From NCBI GenBank assembly GCA_000999095.1, contig LCFP01000001.1:138230-202229 (forward strand): DNA of 64,000 nucleotides. Reading direction: 5' to 3'. Source of the DNA: Candidatus Gottesmanbacteria bacterium GW2011_GWA2_43_14. Lineage in GTDB: Bacteria; Patescibacteriota; Microgenomatia; 2-02-FULL-39-11. The position numbers and the translations under genes are program-made. Positions 1 to 9,996 of the stretch are shown in pieces (the first letter of the stretch is position 1; each line of letters opens with the position of its first letter). The notes below the pieces were generated by a model, which worked only from the letters and a program-made list of their open reading frames with translations, made no database searches and was not told where the DNA came from.

Positions 1-1506
1 TTGCGCAAATAATACAAACACCAATAAAAATCCCTTTGCGAAAAATGGTTTATACTGGCTGGCCTGGATAATAAAAGTCCGGGCATCTGAAAAACTATAA
101 TAGCTGGCAGAAACAGTTATAAGGGCAACATAGTTAAGAATGATCATTGCCAGCGACAAAATGTAACTGCTCCAAATCTTCAATTTTTTCCTGAAAGAGA
201 ACAACTGGCCCCATCCGGTTAACACCACAGCCATCTGGACTGGGATAAATGATAAAAAATACCTGCCTTGAATACCTAAAACGTATGAGCTTTTTTGCCA
301 AGAGTACCAATCGTATACTGAAATTGATAAAACGAAAATAAAAAAAGCCGTCAGGTAAAAAAATAAAGTCTGAACTTGAGGTGAGTTTAATTTTTTATTA
401 CGCCATATGGCAATCAGATAGATAACAAAACCAGCAATTGAGACAAACAAAACCCTGTTTATAATCCTGTGGACAATTCTCGGATAAGTCACACCGAGCC
501 AATTGAAGATTCCCCAATACCACGGTAAAACTTCCCTGTAAGAATGGGGCAAAGTATATTCTTGGCTAAATTTTAAAAAGCTCCTCAAATCGAAATTTTC
601 CGCTACTTCTTTAACAAGCGGAAATGTTGAAAAGTCAAGCCGGGTAAAAAATACGACAGATAAATAAAGCAGGCTGAAAGCTGCCAGCATTAAAAATATT
701 CTGTATTTATTATGCAAATCGCGAACCGCCAGGAAGATAAACAAAATTACCAGAAGCGGCAACATAACTATAAATTGAGGCTTTGTATAAATACCAAGTA
801 AAAGGCAACCGGTGATTTTCAGAATTCCAGAGTAAGTCCAACCGTTTTTTAACATCAATCCCGCGTAATACAAAAAAAGTGTCATCAGGAAATTCCCCAA
901 TGAATCGCTGTTGACTCCCGCATTTGCAAAAACCATCATCGGTTGGTACGCGGAAAGCACTGCCAAAGAAAGTTGAGAAATCATGTCTTTGGGAAATAGA
1001 AGTTTACCGATTTTGAAAATATAATAAATATTAAGAAGGAAAATTATCCCGGATAAAAACCTTACCATGAATACCCTGGTAAAAAGATCAGCCCCTTCCG
1101 CAATCTTATAGACTAAAGCCCCTCCCAGATAATAAAAAGGCGGATAGCGGGCAGCTTCCTGATGGACAAATTTTTTCCCGTAATCAGAAATCCCGCTGCT
1201 GCGGATGGCTTCCTCGTATTTTCCCGTCAACTGATCCGTATATTCAATGCGGTATTCCGGATTGAAAGTGAAGCGGTTCTTCCCCGAATTATCCCTGGCT
1301 GTTCCCAATAACTGTTCCGACAGGTAAATTTCCTCGGTCAGGTCATATTCCGCATCTTCAGAATTTCTCCACTTCTGAGACATGAAGGCTACCTGGCCGA
1401 AGTGTGCCTGTTCATCGGGAAAATGCCAAATAGGGACAATAAAGATCCACGAGAGCAGTGTCAGAATCAGCGACAGGTAAAAAAACAGTTTAATTCTTCT
1501 ATTCAT
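1..1506 (-). CDS. Partial (C-terminus runs off window start) polytopic membrane protein, DUF2142-like putative GT-C glycosyltransferase. Absent from the supplied ORF track because it has no stop in the window.
   Basis: Hand translation of the minus strand from ATG at 1506..1504 stays open to position 1. The ATG overlaps the stop of the upstream MTase (ATGAATAG). N-terminus reads MNRRIKLFFYLSLILTLLSWIFIVPIWHFPDEQAHFGQVAF... and ends ...FFAKGFLLVFVLFAQ at the window edge. Many hydrophobic helices. The PDEQAHF motif after TM1 resembles the PDExxH signature of DUF2142 membrane proteins. Confidence 0.5.
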   Translation of the reverse strand, partial: MNRRIKLFFYLSLILTLLSWIFIVPIWHFPDEQAHFGQVAFMSQKWRNSEDAEYDLTEEIYLSEQLLGTARDNSGKNRFTFNPEYRIEYTDQLTGKYEEAIRSSGISDYGKKFVHQEAARYPPFYYLGGALVYKIAEGADLFTRVFMVRFLSGIIFLLNIYYIFKIGKLLFPKDMISQLSLAVLSAYQPMMVFANAGVNSDSLGNFLMTLFLYYAGLMLKNGWTYSGILKITGCLLLGIYTKPQFIVMLPLLVILFIFLAVRDLHNKYRIFLMLAAFSLLYLSVVFFTRLDFSTFPLVKEVAENFDLRSFLKFSQEYTLPHSYREVLPWYWGIFNWLGVTYPRIVHRIINRVLFVSIAGFVIYLIAIWRNKKLNSPQVQTLFFYLTAFFIFVLSISVYDWYSWQKSSYVLGIQGRYFLSFIPVQMAVVLTGWGQLFSFRKKLKIWSSYILSLAMIILNYVALITVSASYYSFSDARTFIIQASQYKPFFAKGFLLVFVLFAQ

Positions 1507-2140
1507 CCGCCTCCAAAAGATATAAGGCTTCAGTTGCCAGCAAATTGGGAAAAAGAAACCAATTTTCCGAAAATCTTTTTTGTTTGGGATAAAGGTAAAA
1601 TCTTTTTAAGATTTTTAGTTGCCGCTTTTTGATAAACTCCTCGAAATCAGCAATTGACAGTTGATGCAGATGACCTGTTGAATACCAGTCATAGCCGGGG
1701 ATCATTGTCTTGGGCATACGTCCATAAAAAAGAAGTTCTAAGCGGTTGACAATAAAAGCGAAGTTGGGAAAAGAGACGATCTGTTTTTTGGCGATCCTCT
1801 TCATTTCCGACAGCAGAATTTCCGGATAGACCACCATTTGCAGAGTGACGTTGCAAACAGCAAAATCAAATTGCTTGTCTTTGAACGGCAAGGAAGTGTC
1901 AATCCTGCCGGTAATTGCTTTTATCCCTTTTTTTTTGGAGGCCGCGGCCGCGCTTTTGCTCATATCCATACCCCAACCGGCGATACCTCTTTTTTTCATA
2001 ATAGCCAGCAAAGTACCGTCACCGCAACCCAGATCAATGACCGTGCTGCCGTCGCTAACCAGACTATTTATCAAAGTATATTCCCGCCGGTCGGATCTGG
2101 AATTCAAATCATAAAGATAGTTACGGTTATCCAATTTCAT
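1499..2140 (-). CDS. Class I SAM-dependent methyltransferase (MetW-like small MTase)
   Basis: Motif I VIDLGCGDGTLL, acidic motif II, NVTLQ post-I region. 213 aa is typical of small MetW-type MTases. Confidence 0.7.
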   Translation of the reverse strand: MKLDNRNYLYDLNSRSDRREYTLINSLVSDGSTVIDLGCGDGTLLAIMKKRGIAGWGMDMSKSAAAASKKKGIKAITGRIDTSLPFKDKQFDFAVCNVTLQMVVYPEILLSEMKRIAKKQIVSFPNFAFIVNRLELLFYGRMPKTMIPGYDWYSTGHLHQLSIADFEEFIKKRQLKILKRFYLYPKQKRFSENWFLFPNLLATEALYLLEADE

Positions 2141-3252
2141 AAATAGCGTCTTAATATTTCCTCCAATTCCGCCATCCTTTTTTTATAATTGTGGTCGGCG
2201 AGCGTCCTTTTTTGACCGGCCCGGGCAATTAACTCTCTTCTTTTATCGTCGGCGAGAAAGTATTTCACTTTTTCCAACAGTTCGTCAACCGATCCATAAT
2301 CTTCAATCTCCTGCCCGACTTTAAACAAATCAGGTAAATTATTCTTGCGGTCGCTGATCAAAAGTGCGCCCATGCCGGTTGCCTCAAATAAACGCATATT
2401 ATTGGCATTGTCTTCGGCCACATCGATATGCCGGTTGATGACGATCTTTGCCCGGGCTAATATCCGGTACATGTCTAAACCCCAGGCCTGGCCATGGTAA
2501 GCCCGCCGCAACGGCGAGAAAGGATTGCCCGGAGATGTATATTGTCCCCAAAAATCCAGGCCGGCCGATTTTGCCACTGTTTCCAGCATTTTTGTCCCCT
2601 GCCGGTGATAAGGTGTCACGCTTCCCACGAAAACTGTCTGCAGATCTCGCGAGACCGCCCCGATTTTTTTCAGTACCCGGCGCTCAAAAGCCAATTTCAA
2701 ATATTCGCTTTTTTTGCCCATTTTCCTTAAACGCGTCACAAAATGGGGAAATGAGGTGACCACCAGATCAAAATACTGAAAGTATTTTCCGGCCGGTAAT
2801 GGCGAAGCAATCTGGGCGACGGCCAGTTTTACAAATCTTTTCATCAGCCGCAGAGTCTCCGGTTCGAGTAAAGTCATATCCTGACAATAAATAATATCCG
2901 GAGCATACTTCTTGATTTGGGCCAGGATTGTCTGTTGCATCCAGGCGGGACGGCCTAAAAAACGGTAAGAGTACGGCAGGCGGGCAAGATCGTCCATCAG
3001 GCCGCTTTGAGACAGGTGGAGTCCGTTTTCCTCTGCCCACTTCCGCTGAAGAATTTCATCGTTGGCTACTATGTCTCTTGCTTCAAACCCCTCTTTTTGC
3101 AAATTATAGGAATAAAAATCAGACGTGCCGAAAAACTGATCCATTAAAAGTCTCAGGTGTTTATCATAAGATAAACTTACGGCTTCAGGATGCTCCCTGA
3201 AAAAGTCACCCAAGAAACGGGGATAATAACTGTCAATAAAAACGATTTTCAT
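2137..3252 (-). CDS. GT-B fold glycosyltransferase (GT1/GT4-like, CgeB-like)
   Basis: C-terminal GT4-type motif FEATGMGALLISD with downstream conserved Glu. The N-terminal half is of the CgeB/DUF3880 type. Four-nt overlap with neighbours. Confidence 0.55.
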   Translation of the reverse strand: MKIVFIDSYYPRFLGDFFREHPEAVSLSYDKHLRLLMDQFFGTSDFYSYNLQKEGFEARDIVANDEILQRKWAEENGLHLSQSGLMDDLARLPYSYRFLGRPAWMQQTILAQIKKYAPDIIYCQDMTLLEPETLRLMKRFVKLAVAQIASPLPAGKYFQYFDLVVTSFPHFVTRLRKMGKKSEYLKLAFERRVLKKIGAVSRDLQTVFVGSVTPYHRQGTKMLETVAKSAGLDFWGQYTSPGNPFSPLRRAYHGQAWGLDMYRILARAKIVINRHIDVAEDNANNMRLFEATGMGALLISDRKNNLPDLFKVGQEIEDYGSVDELLEKVKYFLADDKRRELIARAGQKRTLADHNYKKRMAELEEILRRYL

Positions 3253-4164
3253 TTATCTTTTTATCCTTATTTTAATACCCACGGATCTGATGATATATCC
3301 GGCTGCATAAAAAACCGGGCTCAATTCCTCAACCAGCCACTGTTTAAAATTATTATGGCTGAATATTCTGACCGACGCCCTAATGGAAAAAACAATCAAT
3401 CCCCCCGTATATTTAAAAAAGGATAAGACAGCCCTGGCCGGATTATCCTCTAGATATACAAATTGTGAAGATCCGGATGCGTATGCCCTCTTCAACTGGT
3501 AAAACACGGTCATTTTATACGCTGATACCAAATGACTGACTTTCATTTCCGGGATATAGAAAAATTGTATTCCTTTTTTGTTGAGACGCGAGAATAACTC
3601 CGTTTCCTCACCCAGGGACAACTCTTCCCCTTTCATTCCCAGAGAAGTCCGGAAATTTCCGAATTTCCGAAACAGATCCTTCCTGAAGATCATATTGGAA
3701 CCTGAAAAAGTTTCCCCCTTCTTTAAAATCCGTTCATTATCTCCCCAAAACCTTGCTTCATATTCGTCCTTAAACCACGGGGGTTTCTTGCTTGTGTAGA
3801 AAGGATAAATGGGTCCGCCGAAAACGGAAACATGCAAATGATTTACGATAGTTTTTTGGGCAACCGAAAGATAATTTTCATCGGCAAGGGCATCATCATC
3901 GATAAAGGCAACAAAATCTCCGATTGATTCCGCGATACCCTTATTCCTGCTTCCGGCCAATCCGCTGGTACCTTCGAAAACCGTTTTCAATCTGGGCATT
4001 CCCTTATTATCAGGTAGGGGGATTTTTTTGGGATTTCCCGGATTATTATCAACCAGGATTATCTCATACTCATCTTTCGGGAACTTCAAACTAACCAGTT
4101 TCTTCAGACATTTTCCCAAAATACCGGGATGGTTATAGGTGGCAACGACTACGGAAAATATCAT
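3253..4164 (-). CDS. GT2 family glycosyltransferase
   Basis: N-terminal FSVVVATYNHPGILGKCL ... EIILVDNNPGN, DxD-like FIDDDA, GT-A fold length. Confidence 0.7.
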   Translation of the reverse strand: MIFSVVVATYNHPGILGKCLKKLVSLKFPKDEYEIILVDNNPGNPKKIPLPDNKGMPRLKTVFEGTSGLAGSRNKGIAESIGDFVAFIDDDALADENYLSVAQKTIVNHLHVSVFGGPIYPFYTSKKPPWFKDEYEARFWGDNERILKKGETFSGSNMIFRKDLFRKFGNFRTSLGMKGEELSLGEETELFSRLNKKGIQFFYIPEMKVSHLVSAYKMTVFYQLKRAYASGSSQFVYLEDNPARAVLSFFKYTGGLIVFSIRASVRIFSHNNFKQWLVEELSPVFYAAGYIIRSVGIKIRIKR

Positions 4165-5093
4165 TTCATCATCCTTTTGAATTTTCTTAGGGCATTTTTA
4201 ATCAGCGATGTTTCATTCCGCAAGGTAATCCAGCTCTTTCTTTTTTCCTTTTCCTTCAACTCCCATTTTTTAATAAACCCTGCCATGAAAGGAAAAAATT
4301 GGTATTTGTTGAGGATCAGATCCCTTGAGAAAGAAACGGCTTCATGGTTTTTTTTCCAGAGATTGCTTTCGGTAATTTCTTTTATTTTACGGTCAACGCC
4401 TTTTTCGTTAATATCAATTACCGCCATCGACTCATTTGGGAAATAATCGGATATATTTGTGCAACCGTAATAAATCGGCATGGTAAAGGCAAGAAAACAG
4501 TCGGCGAGTTTCTCGCTCCAATAATGCGGTCCTCTATAATTTTCTATGATCAGCGAATAACGGTAAGGAGCCAAAGCTTCCCACTTATCTTTAATATAAT
4601 TTAAACCTTTACCGAATAAATCAAAATCTACTTCATTCCGGATTCCCCTGATGAAATTCAGCCTCTCCCACTGTCCTCTAAATTCCGTTTTATCAGATGA
4701 AATACAGGAAAGTTTTTTTTGCTTGCGGAGATATTTCTCTCTTTTTAACTGATCATAGCTTTTATCGATATGCCATGGTAAAGCGGGTTGTGTATGGATA
4801 AAACGGTTTTCCCTAAGGCTTAGGTCCTGCATAAAAACCTGGGTATATACTTTATCTGCGTTATGGAAGTACTTAAAATACTCATTAGGAGGCTCCTGCA
4901 GGACGCACCAGATATTTTCCGGATAGCACTTTACCCTGACATCTCTTGAGGGGTAATTGGAAACTATAACATAATCGCATTCCTCTATTTCAGCATCGGT
5001 AAATTTGATATTATCCCATAATCCGGATGATTTCGGGGTTTGTCTCATAATATCGGGACTGTACCAGGATTTTACTATCCTAACTGTTTTCAT
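4161..5093 (-). CDS. Fucosyltransferase-like glycosyltransferase (GT10 alpha-1,3-FucT / GT56 WecF-like motif set)
   Basis: LIIENYRGPHYWSEKLADCFLAFTMPIYYG matches the FENSxxxxYVTEK...IPIYWG signature of GT10 fucosyltransferases. Confidence 0.5.
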   Translation of the reverse strand: MKTVRIVKSWYSPDIMRQTPKSSGLWDNIKFTDAEIEECDYVIVSNYPSRDVRVKCYPENIWCVLQEPPNEYFKYFHNADKVYTQVFMQDLSLRENRFIHTQPALPWHIDKSYDQLKREKYLRKQKKLSCISSDKTEFRGQWERLNFIRGIRNEVDFDLFGKGLNYIKDKWEALAPYRYSLIIENYRGPHYWSEKLADCFLAFTMPIYYGCTNISDYFPNESMAVIDINEKGVDRKIKEITESNLWKKNHEAVSFSRDLILNKYQFFPFMAGFIKKWELKEKEKRKSWITLRNETSLIKNALRKFKRMMK

Positions 5094-5107
5094 ATTGTTG
5101 AACGGAT

Positions 5108-6592
5108 TTACATCGGAATCCTTACTGATTTTTTTACCTGACGCAAGTTATCAACAAGAAAAATAACGGCTTTTTCTTTATTCGCGCGGATCAGCTTTTC
5201 TTTTAAAGCATCCATATCGCTGCAGGATTTTATGTTTCTTTCAGCATAATAAAGTATCTGGGGTTCAATAAAACCGCCGGGATACCCGCATAAATAGACC
5301 ATTTCATTATCCAAAACCCGCTCTTTAATGGTATACCCGAGACTTTTATAGCTTGTGTCAAAAGTTGCGTCATGATAACGAAAGTAATAATAGACGACGG
5401 AGATTGATATAAAAAGGCATATGGCAGACGCATATAAAATTTTCATAAATTTGCCATTAGAGAAAACCTGCATAATATATATCAAACTTAATGAAGTGAT
5501 GACCGACAAAAATAAGGATGTCTTCAAAACTGAAAAACTGTGGTTGGAATTGAAATTGAAAAAGACAAGATAATGCAGTATTACCGGGCATAACGAAAAA
5601 TAAAGAAGATGGCCTGATTTTTTTGATAAGAGCTTTACGGAGATAAGCCTCTTTTTACGGATAAGAAACAGGGCAATCATGATAAAAATAAAGGCAGGTA
5701 AATAGTTAATGTAGTAGAAATAAACGATGTTTAAATAAGGTTTTGCCGAAAAAAACAAACCGCTGCGGTCCTGATATTTTTGCCACATCCCGGAAAACAT
5801 TTCGCCTGCCCCGGCAATTCTTGAATACTGAAGGAGAGTGAGAAAAACCGCCATAAATGAAGCACTGCCCGAGACAACGGCAATTTTTTGATAAATTGTG
5901 TCTTTCCTCTTAAATATGGCAATTAAAATAAGCGATAGGGAAAAAAGCAAGCCGATCCATTCACTGTACGCCATAAAAAAAGAGACGATAAAAAACAGTG
6001 AAAAATACATATTTGTCCTTGATTTTTCATTAAATAAAATATTCATTACCAAATACGTTGATATAACGAAAAAAACCTGGACAAAAATATCCACAAAATA
6101 TAAGTTTTGGTGAAACCAAAGATTTCCTGAGATGAATAAATAGACAATAAATCCGATAAAAGCAAATTTACCGGGTAATTTCCCCTCTTTAACCGGAAAT
6201 AATACCGAAAGGGTCAAATAGACAAAGTAAGAGGCAACCAGATGAATAAGTAAATTTAATATGTACAGGCTTAAAACTCCGGATGGCACTTTAAAAATCT
6301 GAAAAACAAAATAGGGGAAAATAAAAGCAAACGGTGGATAGGAAATATAATAATAATTTCCGTAAATATCTTTTATTCCTCCAAGATTTGAAATATGTCT
6401 GTCATTTTCGTTCGGAAAGGTATAAACAGGGCTGAAATTGTACTGTTTTATGCCGACTTTCTCCCAAATCTTCAAAGTCAACAGCGTATGAGCGGTAATA
6501 TAACCGTTAAAATCCAGATCCCTTTTGAGGTTTTCGAAACGGAAACTTAAGGATAATAAAAAAAATAAAATAAATACCAGAAATTTATTCAT
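5108..6592 (-). CDS. Polytopic integral membrane protein of unknown function (candidate polymerase, ligase or GT-C)
   Basis: 494 aa, more than 10 predicted hydrophobic helices, no recognizable soluble-domain motifs. Embedded in the glycan locus. Confidence 0.4.
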   Translation of the reverse strand: MNKFLVFILFFLLSLSFRFENLKRDLDFNGYITAHTLLTLKIWEKVGIKQYNFSPVYTFPNENDRHISNLGGIKDIYGNYYYISYPPFAFIFPYFVFQIFKVPSGVLSLYILNLLIHLVASYFVYLTLSVLFPVKEGKLPGKFAFIGFIVYLFISGNLWFHQNLYFVDIFVQVFFVISTYLVMNILFNEKSRTNMYFSLFFIVSFFMAYSEWIGLLFSLSLILIAIFKRKDTIYQKIAVVSGSASFMAVFLTLLQYSRIAGAGEMFSGMWQKYQDRSGLFFSAKPYLNIVYFYYINYLPAFIFIMIALFLIRKKRLISVKLLSKKSGHLLYFSLCPVILHYLVFFNFNSNHSFSVLKTSLFLSVITSLSLIYIMQVFSNGKFMKILYASAICLFISISVVYYYFRYHDATFDTSYKSLGYTIKERVLDNEMVYLCGYPGGFIEPQILYYAERNIKSCSDMDALKEKLIRANKEKAVIFLVDNLRQVKKSVRIPM

Positions 6593-7398
6593 CTGTCCTT
6601 AACGGCCAGAATATACATTTGATCACCTGAAAAAGGCCGTATCAGTTTAAACCTGCTTATTAAATAGTTAAACGTATTGTATAGACTATTGGCTATTTCG
6701 GAGAAATTTCCGAAATGGCAGATGATTTTATAACCAAGCGGAAGAATGGACAGTCTCAGGATTCTGAATTTATTTTCAGATAAAAGGTATTCAATACCCA
6801 CAGGGCTGAAATGGGAATAATGCTCGTTTGGTACCCAGCCCTCCCAGTACCTTCCCAACAGTTTTGCGACTGAACCGGTATAGTTAGTTTGAGACAGAAA
6901 CAGCAGGCCGTCTTTTTTTAATAATTTCCGGCATTTTTTTACAAATAGGGACGGATCAGGATTATGTTCAACAACATGAGAGGCAACCAGGATATCAAAA
7001 TAATTTTCCGGAAATTTTATCCTGCCGAAATAACCCTGCCTGACATTGAGCCGTCTCTTTTTACAAAAAGCAATTGCCCCTTTGGATATGTCAACTCCCT
7101 GCGCCCGGTACCCGGCTTTTCCCGCCTCTTCCAGTAAATAACCGGCTCCGCAACCGATATCCAACAAATTTCCCTCAGGTTTCACGTTTTTAATATAATC
7201 AAGAATTAACCCGGAATAAGCAGTGTAAGCCTGAACGTCTTCCTCACCTTTTTGATAGAATCGGTTTTCCTCATATTTATCTTCAGGCGCCGGGATGGTT
7301 ATGGCATTGGTACAGCTATCACATCGGTAAATTGAACTGCCGCGGAAGGGATTGAGTAAAAAATGAAGAGATGAAGAATTACAGATAAGGCATTTCAT
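6589..7398 (-). CDS. Class I SAM-dependent methyltransferase with N-terminal zinc-ribbon
   Basis: CLICNS...CDSC zinc-ribbon (CxxC-x17-CxxC). Motif I LLDIGCGAGYLL and post-I DILVASHVVEH. Typical of sugar O-methyltransferases in O-antigen loci. Confidence 0.7.
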   Translation of the reverse strand: MKCLICNSSSLHFLLNPFRGSSIYRCDSCTNAITIPAPEDKYEENRFYQKGEEDVQAYTAYSGLILDYIKNVKPEGNLLDIGCGAGYLLEEAGKAGYRAQGVDISKGAIAFCKKRRLNVRQGYFGRIKFPENYFDILVASHVVEHNPDPSLFVKKCRKLLKKDGLLFLSQTNYTGSVAKLLGRYWEGWVPNEHYSHFSPVGIEYLLSENKFRILRLSILPLGYKIICHFGNFSEIANSLYNTFNYLISRFKLIRPFSGDQMYILAVKDR

Positions 7399-8465
7399 AA
7401 ATCGGGGTAGGTGCTGTTAATCCAGGTATTGGCAGTAATGTCGATATGTTTGCTTTTCTTAATAGAAGTCAGCATAAACAGAATTAAATCCCGCTCTTTT
7501 ATTCTTACTTGTTTTCTGAATGACAGATCTTTATATAATTGAAAGACAGGTATTCCCCAGTCGGCTCCCAAACAACAAATTTTGAACCAATAGTCAAACA
7601 ACAGTTGTTCAAATATTTTCCGGTCATAAACTTTGTTCTCTCCGTTTGCCTGACATAATTTTTGCAGCCAATATTTAGCTTTAACAAGCGCTTTCAGGGT
7701 CCAACCGTCTTTTTTCCGCTCTAAACTGTCATGTACAAGAATTTCCTCTTCAGTAGGAGCAAGACCCATTTTCTCCAATGATGCGGCAAATATCCTTCTG
7801 GTGCAATTTTCTATTTCCGGGGAAGTTTTATCGGTTAAATTCCCTTTATATTCGCGGTATAAAGAAAAAACCCGGGGTATGTTTGCCAGCCGCAGATGTT
7901 GAGCCAGCCTTGACCATAAATCAAAATCAGGAGCGGCATTAAATGAGCTGCGGAAACCGTGCTTTTGGACTGCAGCTTTCCTGATCATTACGGCTGACTG
8001 GGTGAAACAGTTTCTGAACAAAAGCACCGATTTAATGATTTCAGGCCGACATACGTGTTTAAATACGCGACCGGTGAGTTTATCCTCATCATCAATTACT
8101 TTAACCCAGCTGCCGGTCAGGGAAATTTCCCTGTTCCTATCCATGTAATCCCATTGTTTTTCGAGACGCTGCGGCAGAGCAATGTCATCACTGTCCAGAA
8201 ATGCAATGAATTCCCCCCGGCATTCCCTGATGCCTTTATCGCGTATTTTTGCCAATCCAAGCCTTTTGGAAGAATTTATTAATCTGATCCTTTTATCGGT
8301 GAATGAATTGACTATTTGAATGGTTCCATCAAACGAGGCATCATTCACAATCACCAGCTCAAAATCCCTTAAAGTTTGACATAAAATACTCTCAATGGCC
8401 TGCTTAATAAATCTTTCCCCGTTATAAACGGGCATCAGTATGCTGATTAACGGATTTAAAGTCAT
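7395..8465 (-). CDS. GT2 family glycosyltransferase
   Basis: ISILMPVYNGERFIKQAIESILCQT..ELVIVNDASFDGT and DSDD (DxD). Confidence 0.75.
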   Translation of the reverse strand: MTLNPLISILMPVYNGERFIKQAIESILCQTLRDFELVIVNDASFDGTIQIVNSFTDKRIRLINSSKRLGLAKIRDKGIRECRGEFIAFLDSDDIALPQRLEKQWDYMDRNREISLTGSWVKVIDDEDKLTGRVFKHVCRPEIIKSVLLFRNCFTQSAVMIRKAAVQKHGFRSSFNAAPDFDLWSRLAQHLRLANIPRVFSLYREYKGNLTDKTSPEIENCTRRIFAASLEKMGLAPTEEEILVHDSLERKKDGWTLKALVKAKYWLQKLCQANGENKVYDRKIFEQLLFDYWFKICCLGADWGIPVFQLYKDLSFRKQVRIKERDLILFMLTSIKKSKHIDITANTWINSTYPDL

Positions 8466-9304
8466 ATTTTTACCCAGGTTTCGGGAATTAAATCACCGGT
8501 ATCGGAAGGATTATTGTCAAACCATCTGAGCGGGCTTATGATAACTTTTTTTGTATAACTGTTAAGCCATGCCGCCCACCAGCTGAATGTACTGTTGGCA
8601 ATTATATGGTGTCTGCACAAACTCATTAGCCTCATATCTTCCCAGGATTCTGTTTTGACTTCCCTGTCAATAAAAACAGCATTAACGGGCAGGTCATAAT
8701 TCATTTTTACATAATTTAGGTCATCTGAAAAAATGAAATAGACAGGTTTAAGAAGGCGCCTGCTGAGCAAAAAAATCGACTGACGATAATATTCACCGGG
8801 CAAAACATAGTGGTATTGGTCCTTTTGTTCAGATTTCAAATAATCGGTAATTCTGAAGTGGATGCTTACCGGCAATTTTGCATTCCGTATTAACGCCAAA
8901 TATTTTTTTGAGTCATTATTTAATTCTCCTGCAAAAGTAAAATTCCTGCGAATCAGGTCCTTAACCGGGAAAAAATATTTTTCGCTTTGGAAATCACCTC
9001 TAAGATAAGTACCGTCAGGCAGATCGAAAAAATCGGCATCGAAATGGAAATGTTTTTCCCGGTATTTTTTTTGAGCGGACTTTAATTTGGAAGTTATAGT
9101 TCCTATTTTCGCCAATATCCCGGAGGACTGTCTGATTTCAGCTTTAATGCGGAAAATATCCAGTTCAAAATTACGGAGTTTATAGCCCGCAAAATGGCTT
9201 AAATCCAAAACCAACCCCGTGCCCACTTTCTCCGCCAGCGAACGTCCGGCCGCATAGCGGAACATTTGATTGCCTAGACCCCCCAGCATTTCCACCGTAA
9301 TCAT
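8462..9304 (-). CDS. GT11 alpha-1,2-fucosyltransferase
   Basis: N-terminal LGGLGNQMFRYAAG (GT11 signature GGLGNQMFQYA), HFRITDY (HxRRGDY-like) and IFSDDLNYVK (GT11 FSDD motif). Confidence 0.7.
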   Translation of the reverse strand: MITVEMLGGLGNQMFRYAAGRSLAEKVGTGLVLDLSHFAGYKLRNFELDIFRIKAEIRQSSGILAKIGTITSKLKSAQKKYREKHFHFDADFFDLPDGTYLRGDFQSEKYFFPVKDLIRRNFTFAGELNNDSKKYLALIRNAKLPVSIHFRITDYLKSEQKDQYHYVLPGEYYRQSIFLLSRRLLKPVYFIFSDDLNYVKMNYDLPVNAVFIDREVKTESWEDMRLMSLCRHHIIANSTFSWWAAWLNSYTKKVIISPLRWFDNNPSDTGDLIPETWVKI

Positions 9305-9996
9305 TTACTGAAATAACTTCCTTTCAGGAAAATCGTATTAATAAATGTATCAGCGTAAATTTTATATCCCATTTCTAGAATCTGATTTATCAGTGATCTC
9401 TTTTTTTCACCCAAGCCGCGGACAGTAAAAGTCACTGTCTCAATACATAAAATTGCAGGTTTATTTTCCAGTTTTTTAAGTGATAGTATTATTTTCCTCT
9501 CCGAACCTTCAGCATCGATAAGCAAAATATCCGGCATTACTCCATGACACTGTTCACTGATGATTTTTTGAAGAGTGGTAACGGGTATCTTTTTCCGGTC
9601 CTCAAGTAAATAACCTTCCCTTATACATTTATCTGCTTCTTTTTTGGAGAACGTATTCAGAGTTGCTATATTGAAACAATAATAAGTCATGACCTTCGCA
9701 GAATCCGAAACACCGGCAGTGAGGTTTATGTCTTGTGATCTGTATTTTTGAAACAATTTGCTGGCTTCAGGATTCGGTTCCACATTCACTCCTCTTGAAC
9801 CGAGTTCATAAAACAGGGCGGTATTACTGATATGAAACGGGTGATAAGCACCGATGTCAAGATAAGTCGGTTTGTCTAAGCTAATTGCACGGCACAAATG
9901 GAACAAAATCAAATCTTCTCCGCACTGTGAATAACTTACTTGACAGTATCTGTTTATTATCATCTTAAATCGTGTAAGGTAGTGAAATACGTTCAT
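9301..9996 (-). CDS. FkbM-family methyltransferase
   Basis: YLDIGAYHPFHISNT ... VNVEPNPEASKLF matches the FkbM-family DIGAN.G...EP.P pattern. Confidence 0.6.
   Translation of the reverse strand: MNVFHYLTRFKMIINRYCQVSYSQCGEDLILFHLCRAISLDKPTYLDIGAYHPFHISNTALFYELGSRGVNVEPNPEASKLFQKYRSQDINLTAGVSDSAKVMTYYCFNIATLNTFSKKEADKCIREGYLLEDRKKIPVTTLQKIISEQCHGVMPDILLIDAEGSERKIILSLKKLENKPAILCIETVTFTVRGLGEKKRSLINQILEMGYKIYADTFINTIFLKGSYFSK

Noticed and set aside
1838-2146. Plus-strand ORFs of 60-170 aa scattered throughout (for example 1838..2146, 13389..13895, 20854..21363, 23289..23801, 43310..43693, 44585..44983)
   Set aside because: All lie antisense to, and fully inside, long minus-strand genes with clear homology motifs. 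Their low-complexity, Arg/Ser/Pro-rich translations are typical of spurious frames.
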